Positions 1-9,443 of a stretch of 64,000 nucleotides of DNA are shown piece by piece (the stretch's first letter is position 1; every line of letters starts with the position of its first letter). The stretch is taken from positions 456,107-520,106 of the forward strand of contig CASDYC010000001.1 in assembly GCA_949285665.1 (NCBI GenBank), read 5' to 3'. Both the position numbers and the translations under genes were made by a program. The stretch comes from an uncultured bacterium (GTDB lineage: Bacteria > Bacillota_I > Bacilli_A > RFN20 > CAG-826). The notes under the pieces are model-generated. The model saw only the letters and a program-made list of their open reading frames with translations, was not told the origin of the DNA and made no database searches.

Positions 1-746
1 TTTTTTCCAATGAAAATCTTATTTCTTTTTAAAGCCTTAATTTCTTCGGCTAATTCTTTCTTTTTAGTTAAGACTTTATCTTCTTTATCATCTTTTTGAA
101 GCGTAGAAATCATGTCTCCATAAGCTTCAGTAATATTTTTTGCAGTTAATATATTTTCATTTTTAAATAAATCACTTAATTTATCAATTAATTCAACACT
201 TAAAAAATCTCTGCAACTTGCTGTGTAATTAATGTTTTTATTATTAAAAATCTTATTATTTTTAATAAATGAAAAATCTTTTTTACAATCTTTTTTAAGT
301 TGAGAAAGTTTTTTATTTAATCTGATTCTTGTGTATTTAATTTCTTTTTCATTCCATCTAGTACCAGCGGCAATTCTTACATCTTTAAACCAGACATCAC
401 CAGAAGTTATTTGATAAAGTTTAATAATTGATCTTCCAGTTGTAGTTTTTCCACATCCAGATTCTCCAACTAATCCAAAAACTTCACCTTTATAAACTTT
501 AAAACTAACATCGTGAACAGCTTTTGTGTATTTAAAAGCGCCACGGCCAAATCTAAAGAATTGTTTTAAGTGAACTACATCGAGAATTGGAGTTGCATGT
601 TCATAATCAAATTCTTTATTGACTTTATTTTTAACTAAAACTTCACCTTTTTCATTAACTAAATCACTTTTACCATCTTTAGTATAAGTATTTAAATCAA
701 TTTTTTTACCAGTTGGATTTTTATTTACTTTTTTATCTTCTAACAT
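1..746 (-). CDS. oppF: Oligopeptide ABC transporter ATP-binding protein OppF-like, N-terminal part only; the gene runs past the window start
   Basis: The minus-strand reading frame stays open to position 1. The reverse complement of ~430-470 translates to FGLVGESGCGKTTTGRSII (Walker A). The ATG at 744-746 overlaps the oppD stop at 733-735. It is the last gene of an A-B-C-D-F ordered cluster and was absent from the ORF track because it is truncated. Confidence 0.65.
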   Translation of the reverse strand, partial: MLEDKKVNKNPTGKKIDLNTYTKDGKSDLVNEKGEVLVKNKVNKEFDYEHATPILDVVHLKQFFRFGRGAFKYTKAVHDVSFKVYKGEVFGLVGESGCGKTTTGRSIIKLYQITSGDVWFKDVRIAAGTRWNEKEIKYTRIRLNKKLSQLKKDCKKDFSFIKNNKIFNNKNINYTASCRDFLSVELIDKLSDLFKNENILTAKNITEAYGDMISTLQKDDKEDKVLTKKKELAEEIKALKRNKIFIGK

Positions 747-2877
747 CTTTTAATCCTCCTAGTATTGAATTTTTTGCCAATGTATAAACAGGAATATTTT
801 CAGGATTTTCTTTTAATGAACGCTCAATTCTGTCTCTTACAACTTTTGGAGCTTGAACATCTGGTGCATCTTCATGAAGTAACCAAGTTGCAGCAAAATG
901 TGTATCAGAGATTTTGAAAAATGGAGGTTGCATTTCAAAGTCAATCTTCATTGCATATTTATTTCTAGCTGCAAAAGCATCGCCTCTTGGAGGCAACAAC
1001 ATATTTGGTGGAGTACCAGGAATTGCATCTAGTTTTTCTTTAGTATTTAAATCTGGCATAGAACCAAGTAATGCCCAAGTATATGGATGTCTTGGATCGT
1101 AGAATATATCATAAACTGTACCATATTCTACAATTTTTCCAGCATACATAACGGCAATATCATCAGCCATATTTGCAACAACACCTAAATCGTGGGTAAT
1201 GAAAATAATTGATAAATTCATTTCATCTTTTAATTTATTGATTAATTCAAGAATTTGAGCTTGAATTGTAACATCAAGTGCAGTTGTTGGTTCATCACAA
1301 ATTAAAATTTCAGGATTTGAAGATAAAGCAATTGCAATAACAATTCTTTGTCTCATACCACCAGAAAATTCAAATGGATATTGTTTATATCTTCTTTTTG
1401 GATCTGGAATACCAACCGCTTTTAATAATTTAATAGCTCTTTTTTTAGCTTCTGATTTTAAAACTCTTGTTTTTGAACGGTTATATTCATCACAGAAATA
1501 TTTAAAGAATTTGTCAATGTATGTTTGAGAATCAAACTTTTCATTTTCAATTCTGTCTTCAATATATGAAATTATTTCAGTTGTATATTTTCCCATAATC
1601 TTAAAGAATTCTTCTGGTTTTACTATTGTTTCTCTTTCTCCAGCTTTTACATCATTTGGAATTTGAGACATTGTTCCATCTTCATTAAGATATGAATTTA
1701 AAAGTTTTTGTCTTGTTAAAACTAATTTTTTTGATTCAATATACTGTTCAATATAATTTCTAATTGAAACTGGATAGACTTCAATAATATCATCTTTTTC
1801 AGTTGCAAAATCAAATTGAGCTTTTTTAATCAAACGTTTAATTTCTTTTAATGTTTTTAATACTTTTTTAGTATCAAAAGTTTCCATATTTTGGAAATTT
1901 TCTTCATTAAATTTAATTAAATATTCTTTTAATTCTTTTAATTTTTTAAAAGAATAATCATAATTACTTTTTAAAATTGTTGATAAATATTCTCTATAAT
2001 CTTCAAGTTTTAAATCTTCATTATAATCTAAATGAATTAAGTTTTTATGTAATTCATTTAAGTAGAATTTTTTATTTAATTTGTGGAAATTTTCAACTAA
2101 ATCATTAAATTCCTGTTCTTTTAATTTACCTTTATTTAATTTAATTAGTTTTTCAATTTCTAAACCTAATTTATAATTTTCTTTTAAATGTTGAATATTT
2201 ATTTCAACATTTTCTTTTAAAATTTCATCTTTGTTTAATGCTAAATAATCATTAATAAAGGTTTTAAATGTATCAAATTTATTTAATAATTCATCGTTTT
2301 CAAATTTATTAAAAATATCAGAATTTAATAAATCATATTTAATATCATTTCTAATATATTTTTCATGAATATATTTTTTGTATTCATTTTTTTGTAATTG
2401 AGTAATTCTTAAATCATTTGTAATATTTAAAATTTTTCTCTCTTTTGCTTCTGATTTTTTAAGAGAAATTAAATTTTTTCTTGATTCTCTTCTTTGAGCT
2501 TTCGCTTTTAAAAACATTGGTTCCGTTAATTGTTTTCCAACTCTCATAATTGGATTTAAACTACTTAATGGATCTTGGAAAATCATCGAGATTTTACTAC
2601 CTCTAATATGAGTAAATTGTTCTTCTTTTAAAGCTAGTAAATCTTTTCCATCATATAAAATTTGTCCACCTTCAACAATTTTATTATTAGCTAAAATACC
2701 TAAAATTGCTCTTGAAGTAACAGATTTTCCACTACCAGATTCTCCAACAATTGCTAAAGTTCTACCCTTATACAAATCAAATGAGATACCTCTGACAGCT
2801 TTTACGGTACCAGAATTTGTTCTAAAAGAAATTCTTAAATCTTTAACTTCTAAGATTTTTTCTTGTTTTTCTGCCAT
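733..2877 (-). CDS. oppD: Oligopeptide ABC transporter ATP-binding protein OppD carrying a ~330-aa Lys/Glu-rich insertion between Walker A and the ABC signature
   Basis: Walker A GESGSGKS sits near the N-terminus. A long low-complexity K/E/N-rich segment follows, then LSGGMRQRIVIAIAL (signature), ILICDEPTTALD (Walker B), ITHDLGV (H-loop) and the C-terminal oligopeptide ABC domain (PRHPYTW). The stop overlaps the oppF start. Confidence 0.8.
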   Translation of the reverse strand: MAEKQEKILEVKDLRISFRTNSGTVKAVRGISFDLYKGRTLAIVGESGSGKSVTSRAILGILANNKIVEGGQILYDGKDLLALKEEQFTHIRGSKISMIFQDPLSSLNPIMRVGKQLTEPMFLKAKAQRRESRKNLISLKKSEAKERKILNITNDLRITQLQKNEYKKYIHEKYIRNDIKYDLLNSDIFNKFENDELLNKFDTFKTFINDYLALNKDEILKENVEINIQHLKENYKLGLEIEKLIKLNKGKLKEQEFNDLVENFHKLNKKFYLNELHKNLIHLDYNEDLKLEDYREYLSTILKSNYDYSFKKLKELKEYLIKFNEENFQNMETFDTKKVLKTLKEIKRLIKKAQFDFATEKDDIIEVYPVSIRNYIEQYIESKKLVLTRQKLLNSYLNEDGTMSQIPNDVKAGERETIVKPEEFFKIMGKYTTEIISYIEDRIENEKFDSQTYIDKFFKYFCDEYNRSKTRVLKSEAKKRAIKLLKAVGIPDPKRRYKQYPFEFSGGMRQRIVIAIALSSNPEILICDEPTTALDVTIQAQILELINKLKDEMNLSIIFITHDLGVVANMADDIAVMYAGKIVEYGTVYDIFYDPRHPYTWALLGSMPDLNTKEKLDAIPGTPPNMLLPPRGDAFAARNKYAMKIDFEMQPPFFKISDTHFAATWLLHEDAPDVQAPKVVRDRIERSLKENPENIPVYTLAKNSILGGLKDVRR

Positions 2878-2878
2878 A

Positions 2879-4558
2879 TTAGTTATCAGCTCCTCTCAAC
2901 GTTGTATTAAATGCATCTCTTAAACCATTTCCAAATAAGTTAAATGAAATCATTAACAAGGAAATAAGTAAAGCTGGGAACAAAACTGCATGTGGGAATG
3001 TTGTCATTGATTTTTGTCCTTCATCTAGTAATGAACCAACAGAAACCATTTCTCCTAAATTAATAATACCTAAGAATGTCAAACTTGATTCACTAAAGAT
3101 GACACTTGGTATCATTAAAACACTCGATGTAACAAGAGTTCCAATTGCATTTGGGAAAATATGTTTAAAAATCAATCTAGTATCTCTTGCCCCAAGAGTC
3201 CTACTTGCCAAAACATACTCTTGACCTTTAAACCTATAAAATTGCATTCTTGTAAGCGATGCCGTTCCAATCCACCCTGGCAAGATCAAGGCCACAATTA
3301 AACCTAATACGTTATTTCCAGGGAAGTGCGTATTAACAATATTTAAAATAACAATTGATGGAATTGCAGAAATAATATCAGTAATTCTTTCCATTGTAAG
3401 GTCAACTCTACCACCATAATATCCAGCAATTGAACCCCAAATAATACCAATAATAAAGTTAACAACACTTACGCCAATGCCAAGAAGTAATGAAAATCTT
3501 GCGCCTTCTGCAAGTCGAGTCCAAATATCTCTTCCGCCATTTGTTGTTCCAAATAAGAAAGTAGGTTCAAATCCATATTTAAATTCAAAATAATGTTCAT
3601 AATTAACTCTAACATTTAAGTTATTTGAATCCGCTGGAGTCGAATAAACTAAATTACCCTCAGAATCTCTTAAATATATATCTTCTAATGCATTATCATC
3701 ATAGCCAACTGGAACAAAAGCATTACCAGATGAACCTTCAACTCTTTCAAGTTTAAACCAGTAATTTCCTTTACCATTAACATAATATTGTCTAATACTT
3801 GTTAATCTTGATTCAATCGTTGAAGAAGATACACCTTGTTCTTCTAATTTTTGTCGATATTCAACATTGACATATGTTTCATAATCAACAAGTGGCATTA
3901 AAATTGTGACATCATGTTCTTCTTGATAATCTAATATTCTTTGATAATCAGAATTTGAAATTCTAAACGCTTGGATATTTCCAACAGCGTATGTATCATA
4001 TCTAACTCGATACATTGTACTTCCAGAAATAACTTGACCATTTGGAGCTGTTACTCCTTGGAAGAATTTATCAACTACTTCTTTAATTCTTTTTCTTTCA
4101 ACGCCTTGTTCTTGATCAACAGAGTCGTATACTTTATATACACTTTCTCCAACATCTCTAATTTCAGTTCCATCCCAAAAACCAGAATTTTCAAAAGCCT
4201 TTGGAATAACATTTGCATAATACGAATCTTGAAAACCATTTTGGTTAACATCACGTGGAACATTAGATTTAGGATCAACTGCAGGAACAATAATTGCATA
4301 TAAAACTAAAATTCCGATTACACAAGCAGCAGCTATACTTGCTTTATTTTTAGCAAATCTTAAGAAACAATCTTTAAAATATGAAACTGGTTTTGTTTCA
4401 AATTTTAAGTCATGAATACTTTCATTTAATTGTGTAAAATTAAAATCTTCTTTTTTAATATCACTTGTTGAATATGTTTTTTCAATATTTAAATCATTAA
4501 ATTCAACAAATTCATGATGAGGTTTTTTCTTGAATAAATTTTTAAAATTTAATTTCAT
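2879..4558 (-). CDS. oppC: Oligopeptide ABC transporter permease OppC-like with a long N-terminal extracytoplasmic extension
   Basis: The C-terminal half has the 6-TM binding-protein-dependent permease architecture and an EAA-like region (ASRTLGARDTRLIFKHIFPN). The start overlaps oppB by 4 nt (ATGA), and the gene sits between oppB and oppD. Confidence 0.75.
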   Translation of the reverse strand: MKLNFKNLFKKKPHHEFVEFNDLNIEKTYSTSDIKKEDFNFTQLNESIHDLKFETKPVSYFKDCFLRFAKNKASIAAACVIGILVLYAIIVPAVDPKSNVPRDVNQNGFQDSYYANVIPKAFENSGFWDGTEIRDVGESVYKVYDSVDQEQGVERKRIKEVVDKFFQGVTAPNGQVISGSTMYRVRYDTYAVGNIQAFRISNSDYQRILDYQEEHDVTILMPLVDYETYVNVEYRQKLEEQGVSSSTIESRLTSIRQYYVNGKGNYWFKLERVEGSSGNAFVPVGYDDNALEDIYLRDSEGNLVYSTPADSNNLNVRVNYEHYFEFKYGFEPTFLFGTTNGGRDIWTRLAEGARFSLLLGIGVSVVNFIIGIIWGSIAGYYGGRVDLTMERITDIISAIPSIVILNIVNTHFPGNNVLGLIVALILPGWIGTASLTRMQFYRFKGQEYVLASRTLGARDTRLIFKHIFPNAIGTLVTSSVLMIPSVIFSESSLTFLGIINLGEMVSVGSLLDEGQKSMTTFPHAVLFPALLISLLMISFNLFGNGLRDAFNTTLRGADN

Positions 4559-5595
4559 TGTTTGCCACCTCCCATTCTAATTCTTGGATCAACAATACCA
4601 TAAGATAAGTCAACTATAAGACCACCAACTAAACCAATTATTGTATAAAACATACCAACAAATAAGAATAAGTCGTAGTCTTTTTGAGTAACTGATTGAA
4701 GGAAAACTTTACCAACGCCTTCAATTGAGAATACTTGTTCAATAACAATTGATCCAGATAAAACGGAAATAAATTCACCTAAAATCATTGGGAAGATTGG
4801 AACAAGAGAATTTCTAAAGGCATGTCTAACAGTTGCTTGGAATCTTGTTAAACCTTTAGTTCTTGCAAGTAACATAAAATCACTTGTTAAAACTTCAGTA
4901 AGTTCAGCTCTTGTATATCTTGAATATCCAGCGATTGAACCAAATGACATTGCTAAGACTGGTAAAATCATTGCTACAAACATTTCAGAAGAAACCCATG
5001 GAGCATCAATTCCAGCAACAATTGCAGGAAGTGGAGTTCCAGCTGCATAGTCAATAACTTGAAGTAATAATGCATAAATAAAGCTAGGAACTGAAATTAC
5101 AACCATTACAAGAATACTTAAAGCATGGTCTTGCCATTTATTCTTTTTTAATGCCATATAAATTCCAAGTAATAAACCAATTGGAACACTAAAAACCATT
5201 GAATAAACGTTAATTAAAATTGTTGGCGGAAATCTTGGAACCATAACATCCCAAGGAGAAATTCCAGCTGAGTTAACTGACCAAGAATAACCAAATCTTG
5301 AAAGTTCTTGTCCGGTTAATGGATCAATTTGAGGAGCGAATAAATCTGTCCAAAATCTAATATATTGATCAATTATTGGAGTTTGGACATATTCACCGTT
5401 CACTTCAACCATTCTTCCTAAAGATACTTGAATTCTATAGAAAATTTCAGGATCAGTTCCCGGAGCAACTTGACCAGGATCAAGAGGTAACATTCTAATT
5501 AAAACAAAACAAATTGTAAGAATTATAATGAAAGTAATCACCATCAAAATTATTCTTTTTAACGCATAAATTCCTAAACCTTTTAAATCTTTCAT
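4555..5595 (-). CDS. oppB: Oligopeptide ABC transporter permease OppB-like
   Basis: 346-aa polytopic permease carrying the ABC permease motif TKGLTRFQATVRHAFRNSL. RBS AAAGGAAG lies upstream of the ATG, and the gene is coupled to oppC. Confidence 0.8.
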   Translation of the reverse strand: MKDLKGLGIYALKRIILMVITFIIILTICFVLIRMLPLDPGQVAPGTDPEIFYRIQVSLGRMVEVNGEYVQTPIIDQYIRFWTDLFAPQIDPLTGQELSRFGYSWSVNSAGISPWDVMVPRFPPTILINVYSMVFSVPIGLLLGIYMALKKNKWQDHALSILVMVVISVPSFIYALLLQVIDYAAGTPLPAIVAGIDAPWVSSEMFVAMILPVLAMSFGSIAGYSRYTRAELTEVLTSDFMLLARTKGLTRFQATVRHAFRNSLVPIFPMILGEFISVLSGSIVIEQVFSIEGVGKVFLQSVTQKDYDLFLFVGMFYTIIGLVGGLIVDLSYGIVDPRIRMGGGKQ

Positions 5596-5651
5596 TAAGT
5601 GCTTCCTTTCATTATATTTCTTATTTTAAATTATACTTCTAATTAGGCGCT

Positions 5652-5679
5652 AAATCACGGACAAAATTTGTCCGTGATT
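5652..5679 (-). terminator. Perfect 12-bp-stem hairpin between oppA and oppB, a possible partial terminator or mRNA-stabilising stem-loop
   Basis: aatcacggacaaa/tttgtccgtgatt is a perfect inverted repeat in the 123-nt oppA-oppB spacer. No strong U-tract follows it on the transcribed strand. Confidence 0.35.
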
Positions 5680-5718
5680 CGCTTACTAATTATTTATTAT
5701 TTATATATCTTATAATTA

Positions 5719-8529
5719 TTAGTTCTTGTACATGCTACCGGAAAGTTTTCCATCATTCCATGCAGCTTCCCATTCACCATCAGTGTAATTATAAGTCATG
5801 AATCTGATGCCGCCGTAACCAATTAAGTTAATATAATCTTCAGTAGCATCTTCAACTTTAAATGATGTTAATGCAATACTTCCTCTTGCATATAATGGAA
5901 GAGTTCTGTATTGAGAAATAATTCCAGCTTCAATACCAGCTAAGACATTTAATCTTTGATTATGTCTTTCTGTGTATGCTTGTTCAAATTCTTCTTGAGT
6001 TGCAAATTCAGTTTCTTGAACTTCAACTAATGTATCATTTAAGTAGACATACCAGTCATTCATTGATTTTGTTTCACCATCATCAATGACGCCGTTACCA
6101 TTAGTATCAATTTTCATTGTTACATCATCTTGCCATCCTGGATAGACGTATTCACAGCATTGATCAAATGAACTATCACAATAAACTTGCATTAAGTTCC
6201 AAGGATTAATTGCAGCACCACCCCAAGTTGACATGATAACATCATAGTTACCTCTTTGAGCAGTTTCATAATAGTTTTGATCTTGTCTTAAGACAAATTG
6301 AATTGTGAAGCTATCAGCCATATGAATTGGATTTTGTCCAGCTTCAGTTGGATTTGCTAATAATGTTTTAATTTCTTTAGCAAGGCTACCTAATGTTTCA
6401 TTTAAGTAATCTCTAATACCAACTGTTGCAGTACTATCTTGGTCATAGACTAAGTATTCAATTTCAATTTTATCAGTTGTTTTCATTTTACCTTCATCGA
6501 CATATTCTCTAATAGCTTTTGCCATTTTTTGAACACCGAGGTTTCTATTATAACCAATTGAATTAGAATAATTACCACTTGCATCTTTTCCAATTAAGAC
6601 TTCTTCATCTGCAAAACCTTCAGCACCATAGACTTGTCCATAGACACTTCTTCCTTGAGCTGTATCTCTATAAACTTCACCTTTTTCAACATCTGTTAAA
6701 TATAAAGAGTTAAGTAAGTTTGTAGATGCAGTTGAACCAGCACTATTACTTGCTAATTGAACTCTATCAATACCAAGAGATAAACCTTGTCTAAAGTCTC
6801 TACTTGCTAAGATTGTTTTGTTAATACCGTCTGATTGTCTGTCTTCTAACATTGATTCAGATGTATTGAATGATAATTTAGAAGTATATGATTCAGGAGT
6901 TGTTTTTGCTCTTGAAGATGCACCATAATCTCCCATATCATTTGCATCTAGAGTAAAGTCATCTAATTTACCATTTAAGAATTCTTGTTTTGCAGTTTCA
7001 TGGCTTTGAATAATTCTTGTGTAAACTGCATCAGTTTCAAATTGATTTTCATGTTTTCCATCAGTCCATCCATACCATGATTCATTCTTTTGAATATCAA
7101 TAAATGAACCATCAGTGAATGTAACTAGTTTATATGGACCATATGAATCATAGTTTGCTGCATTTCCAGAAGCATAAAGAGTAGTTTGTGTTGAACCATC
7201 TTCACTTCCAGTAACAGATCTAATTAATGATTTATATAAATCGACATTAACAATCCAGTTACCTGATAATTGGAATAATAAATCAAGTTGAGTAATTGAT
7301 TTTTCTAAATAAATTCTAATTGTGTAGTCATCAACTTTTCTAATACCAACATTTGAGAAGTCAACTTCATAATCGTTAAAGTATTCAGAGAAAAGTGGTA
7401 AATAATAGTTCCAAGAAGCGCTTGTTGCTCCACCTCTTCCAAGAGAAGAAACAACTGTTCTTAAGTCAGCTTGTAAATCTGCCCAAGAATATTTTTCAAA
7501 TGTTGATGGATCGTTATCTTCATTTGTTGTAGTTTCAACAGCACCACCTAAACTTGGATCAATAATCATTGGATTAATGGAATTTCTAACATAGATATCC
7601 ATTACATCAAAGTCAGAAATATCAATATTTTCATTTAATTGATCTTCACCAACATCACTTAATCCTTTAACATCTTTCCAGTTATCTGGATCGTGCATTT
7701 TTTGTGGATCACTGCCACCATCAACAAACTTCTTATATGCCCAATAACTTGCAGCATCAGTAATTCTTCCACAAGCTGTTTGTAAAGCAACACTACCTTT
7801 ATCAACTCTGTTATTTAAGACTTGATAGAATGTGAATTGTTCACCAACTTCACCAGAGAAAACAGAATTTCCATATGGAGATGTAGCACCTAAGTTAAGG
7901 TACCAGTTTCCAGTTTTACCAAAATTCTTATCTTTTAATGGCAATGTTGGGCTACTTGTTTTTTCTAAATCAATGTAGTCATAAGCAGGTTCAATAGTTG
8001 ATCTTTGTTGTTTGAAGTATTTTTCTGCGTTTGCAATAACAAAGCTAGAAGCATAGAAACTATCTGCTCTTCTATTAACTAAGTGTGGATTTAATTGTAA
8101 TTCTAATGAATCAACATATGTGTCAGCATTAATTTGTGTGCCCGAAGCAAATTTTGCTGCTTGATTTAATTTAATTTCCCAAACTGTACCACTTGTTGGG
8201 TTTAAAGCATTTGGATAATATGTTTGCATTTCTTCATCAGAAATAGTTCTTGAAACATCAACAGGTCTGTCTGCTGCCATTTCATTAGCAAATTCATATC
8301 CATCTTTTGTTGAATTTAAAATAACGTCATATAAACCCATTTCTGTAAAGCTCATAATGTAGGATTCATCGTTTGTTTCCCATCTATGAACATTCCATGT
8401 TTTAGGATTTACTTCCATATAGGTGTTATATGTATGTTTATCGCTACCACTATTTTCTGGTCCACATCCGACGATTGTGAACAATGAAGTGAGAGCAATA
8501 ATGGATGTACATAATATTTTCTTGTTCAT
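5719..8529 (-). CDS. oppA: Large substrate-binding lipoprotein, probably OppA
   Basis: Lipoprotein signal MNKKILCTSIIALTSLFTIVGC (lipobox VGC). 936 aa. It is the first gene of the cluster, immediately upstream of oppBCDF, with a strong RBS AGGAGGGA. The family call comes from gene context and is not motif-confirmed. Confidence 0.6.
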   Translation of the reverse strand: MNKKILCTSIIALTSLFTIVGCGPENSGSDKHTYNTYMEVNPKTWNVHRWETNDESYIMSFTEMGLYDVILNSTKDGYEFANEMAADRPVDVSRTISDEEMQTYYPNALNPTSGTVWEIKLNQAAKFASGTQINADTYVDSLELQLNPHLVNRRADSFYASSFVIANAEKYFKQQRSTIEPAYDYIDLEKTSSPTLPLKDKNFGKTGNWYLNLGATSPYGNSVFSGEVGEQFTFYQVLNNRVDKGSVALQTACGRITDAASYWAYKKFVDGGSDPQKMHDPDNWKDVKGLSDVGEDQLNENIDISDFDVMDIYVRNSINPMIIDPSLGGAVETTTNEDNDPSTFEKYSWADLQADLRTVVSSLGRGGATSASWNYYLPLFSEYFNDYEVDFSNVGIRKVDDYTIRIYLEKSITQLDLLFQLSGNWIVNVDLYKSLIRSVTGSEDGSTQTTLYASGNAANYDSYGPYKLVTFTDGSFIDIQKNESWYGWTDGKHENQFETDAVYTRIIQSHETAKQEFLNGKLDDFTLDANDMGDYGASSRAKTTPESYTSKLSFNTSESMLEDRQSDGINKTILASRDFRQGLSLGIDRVQLASNSAGSTASTNLLNSLYLTDVEKGEVYRDTAQGRSVYGQVYGAEGFADEEVLIGKDASGNYSNSIGYNRNLGVQKMAKAIREYVDEGKMKTTDKIEIEYLVYDQDSTATVGIRDYLNETLGSLAKEIKTLLANPTEAGQNPIHMADSFTIQFVLRQDQNYYETAQRGNYDVIMSTWGGAAINPWNLMQVYCDSSFDQCCEYVYPGWQDDVTMKIDTNGNGVIDDGETKSMNDWYVYLNDTLVEVQETEFATQEEFEQAYTERHNQRLNVLAGIEAGIISQYRTLPLYARGSIALTSFKVEDATEDYINLIGYGGIRFMTYNYTDGEWEAAWNDGKLSGSMYKN

Positions 8530-8589
8530 TTAGTCCCTCCTATAAAAATATGTTTTAAATTAAACACCATTAAGGACAATATGTCAAGA

Positions 8590-8628
8590 AAAAAAATACG
8601 TATTAAATAAAATTTAATACGTTTTTTT
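8590..8628 (-). terminator. Rho-independent terminator of the CarD-like gene
   Basis: Near-perfect palindrome aaaaatacgtattaaat-aaa-atttaatacgttttt flanked by A/T runs. On the minus strand the stem is followed by a U-tract. Confidence 0.6.
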
Positions 8629-8635
8629 CTGTTTT

Positions 8636-9124
8636 TTATCTAATTATGAACGATTTGATTTTATTATCAGCTTCTTCTTGGTTGATGTTTAACACTATAG
8701 AAAACTCTTCACCAAGTAATTTTTTAACTCTTTTGTAAATATATTTATCTTCTTGCGATAAAAATTGATTTTTCTTTTCTTTATCAAGCTTATAAAGGTA
8801 TAAATTTTTCAATAGAAAAACTAATTTTTTTGGATCATTTGAGTATAAAAGAGATTTAAATAATTCTCTTCTCTTTTTTGAACTTTCTACAACAAAATTC
8901 GTAATTGTTGTCATATATTTTAAAAGATCATCCGTTTCTTGTTTTGTAATTAAGTTTCTAAATGGTTGATTTTGACTATCAACTGGAGAATAAACAATGT
9001 TATGAAAATCACCAGTGGATTCTAATTTGTAAAAAGGTTTACCATTTATTTCTTCAATTGAAACTATTTTGCAAATTCCATCGCTTCTATGACTTACAAA
9101 AGTGCCAATTTTATAATCTTGCAT
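8636..9124 (-). CDS. CarD/CdnL-family RNA-polymerase-interacting transcription regulator
   Basis: The N-terminal segment YKIGTFVSHRSDGICKIVSIEE..KPFYKLES resembles the CarD_TRCF RNAP-interacting domain, and the rest is a helical C-terminal domain. The start is moved to the ATG at 9122-9124, which is preceded by AAGGGGGT (ORF-track codon 15). Confidence 0.5.
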   Translation of the reverse strand: MQDYKIGTFVSHRSDGICKIVSIEEINGKPFYKLESTGDFHNIVYSPVDSQNQPFRNLITKQETDDLLKYMTTITNFVVESSKKRRELFKSLLYSNDPKKLVFLLKNLYLYKLDKEKKNQFLSQEDKYIYKRVKKLLGEEFSIVLNINQEEADNKIKSFIIR

Positions 9125-9320
9125 GGAAACCCCCTTTTTTGAATTTATTATTGATATCTTCAACAATCAAGATTATTTTATCATGATTATAAATATTATT
9201 CAATAATATTTATCCATGAAAGTCCCATAAAATCGCCCATTTTTAAGAAATTTAACTATTAATTCAAAATCTCTAATTATGAATATTAACTTAAATTTAA
9301 CTTATATTGTTAAGAGAAAT

Positions 9321-9344
9321 AAAAAAAGGTTGAAAACTTCAACC
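9321..9344 (-). terminator. Terminator downstream of tRNA-Thr
   Basis: Hairpin ggttgaa-aac-ttcaacc (9328-9344). On the minus strand it is followed by U7 (plus-strand A-run 9321-9327). Confidence 0.55.
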
Positions 9345-9347
9345 AAA

Positions 9348-9421
9348 TGGTGCCTCGTGCCAGAGTCGAACTAGCCATTAATCCTTACCATGGATCCGTT
9401 ATACCGATTAACTAACAAGGC
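9348..9421 (-). tRNA. tRNA-Thr (anticodon GGT)
   Basis: Hand-folded cloverleaf on the minus strand. The acceptor stem GCCTTGT/ACGAGGC has one G-U pair. The D-stem is GTTA/TAAC. The anticodon stem is GATCC/GGATT with loop ATGGTAA. The T-arm is GCTAG-TTCGACT-CTGGC. It ends with discriminator A and an encoded CCA. Confidence 0.8.
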
Positions 9422-9443
9422 AGTGTTTAAAATTATATTAAAA

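Noticed and set aside
914-1102. Short ORFs embedded antisense or out of frame inside long genes (914-1102, 3971-4303, 4075-4299, 8962-9186, 22599-22826, 28103-28285, 28345-28629, 31221-31880, 31893-32153, 37651-37974, 41549-41899, 41915-42130, 44464-44721, 45007-45246, 49629-49820, 54289-54621, 58696-58878)
   Set aside because: Each lies wholly within a well-supported longer CDS on the opposite strand or in another frame. They have low-complexity composition and no RBS. They are most likely spurious.
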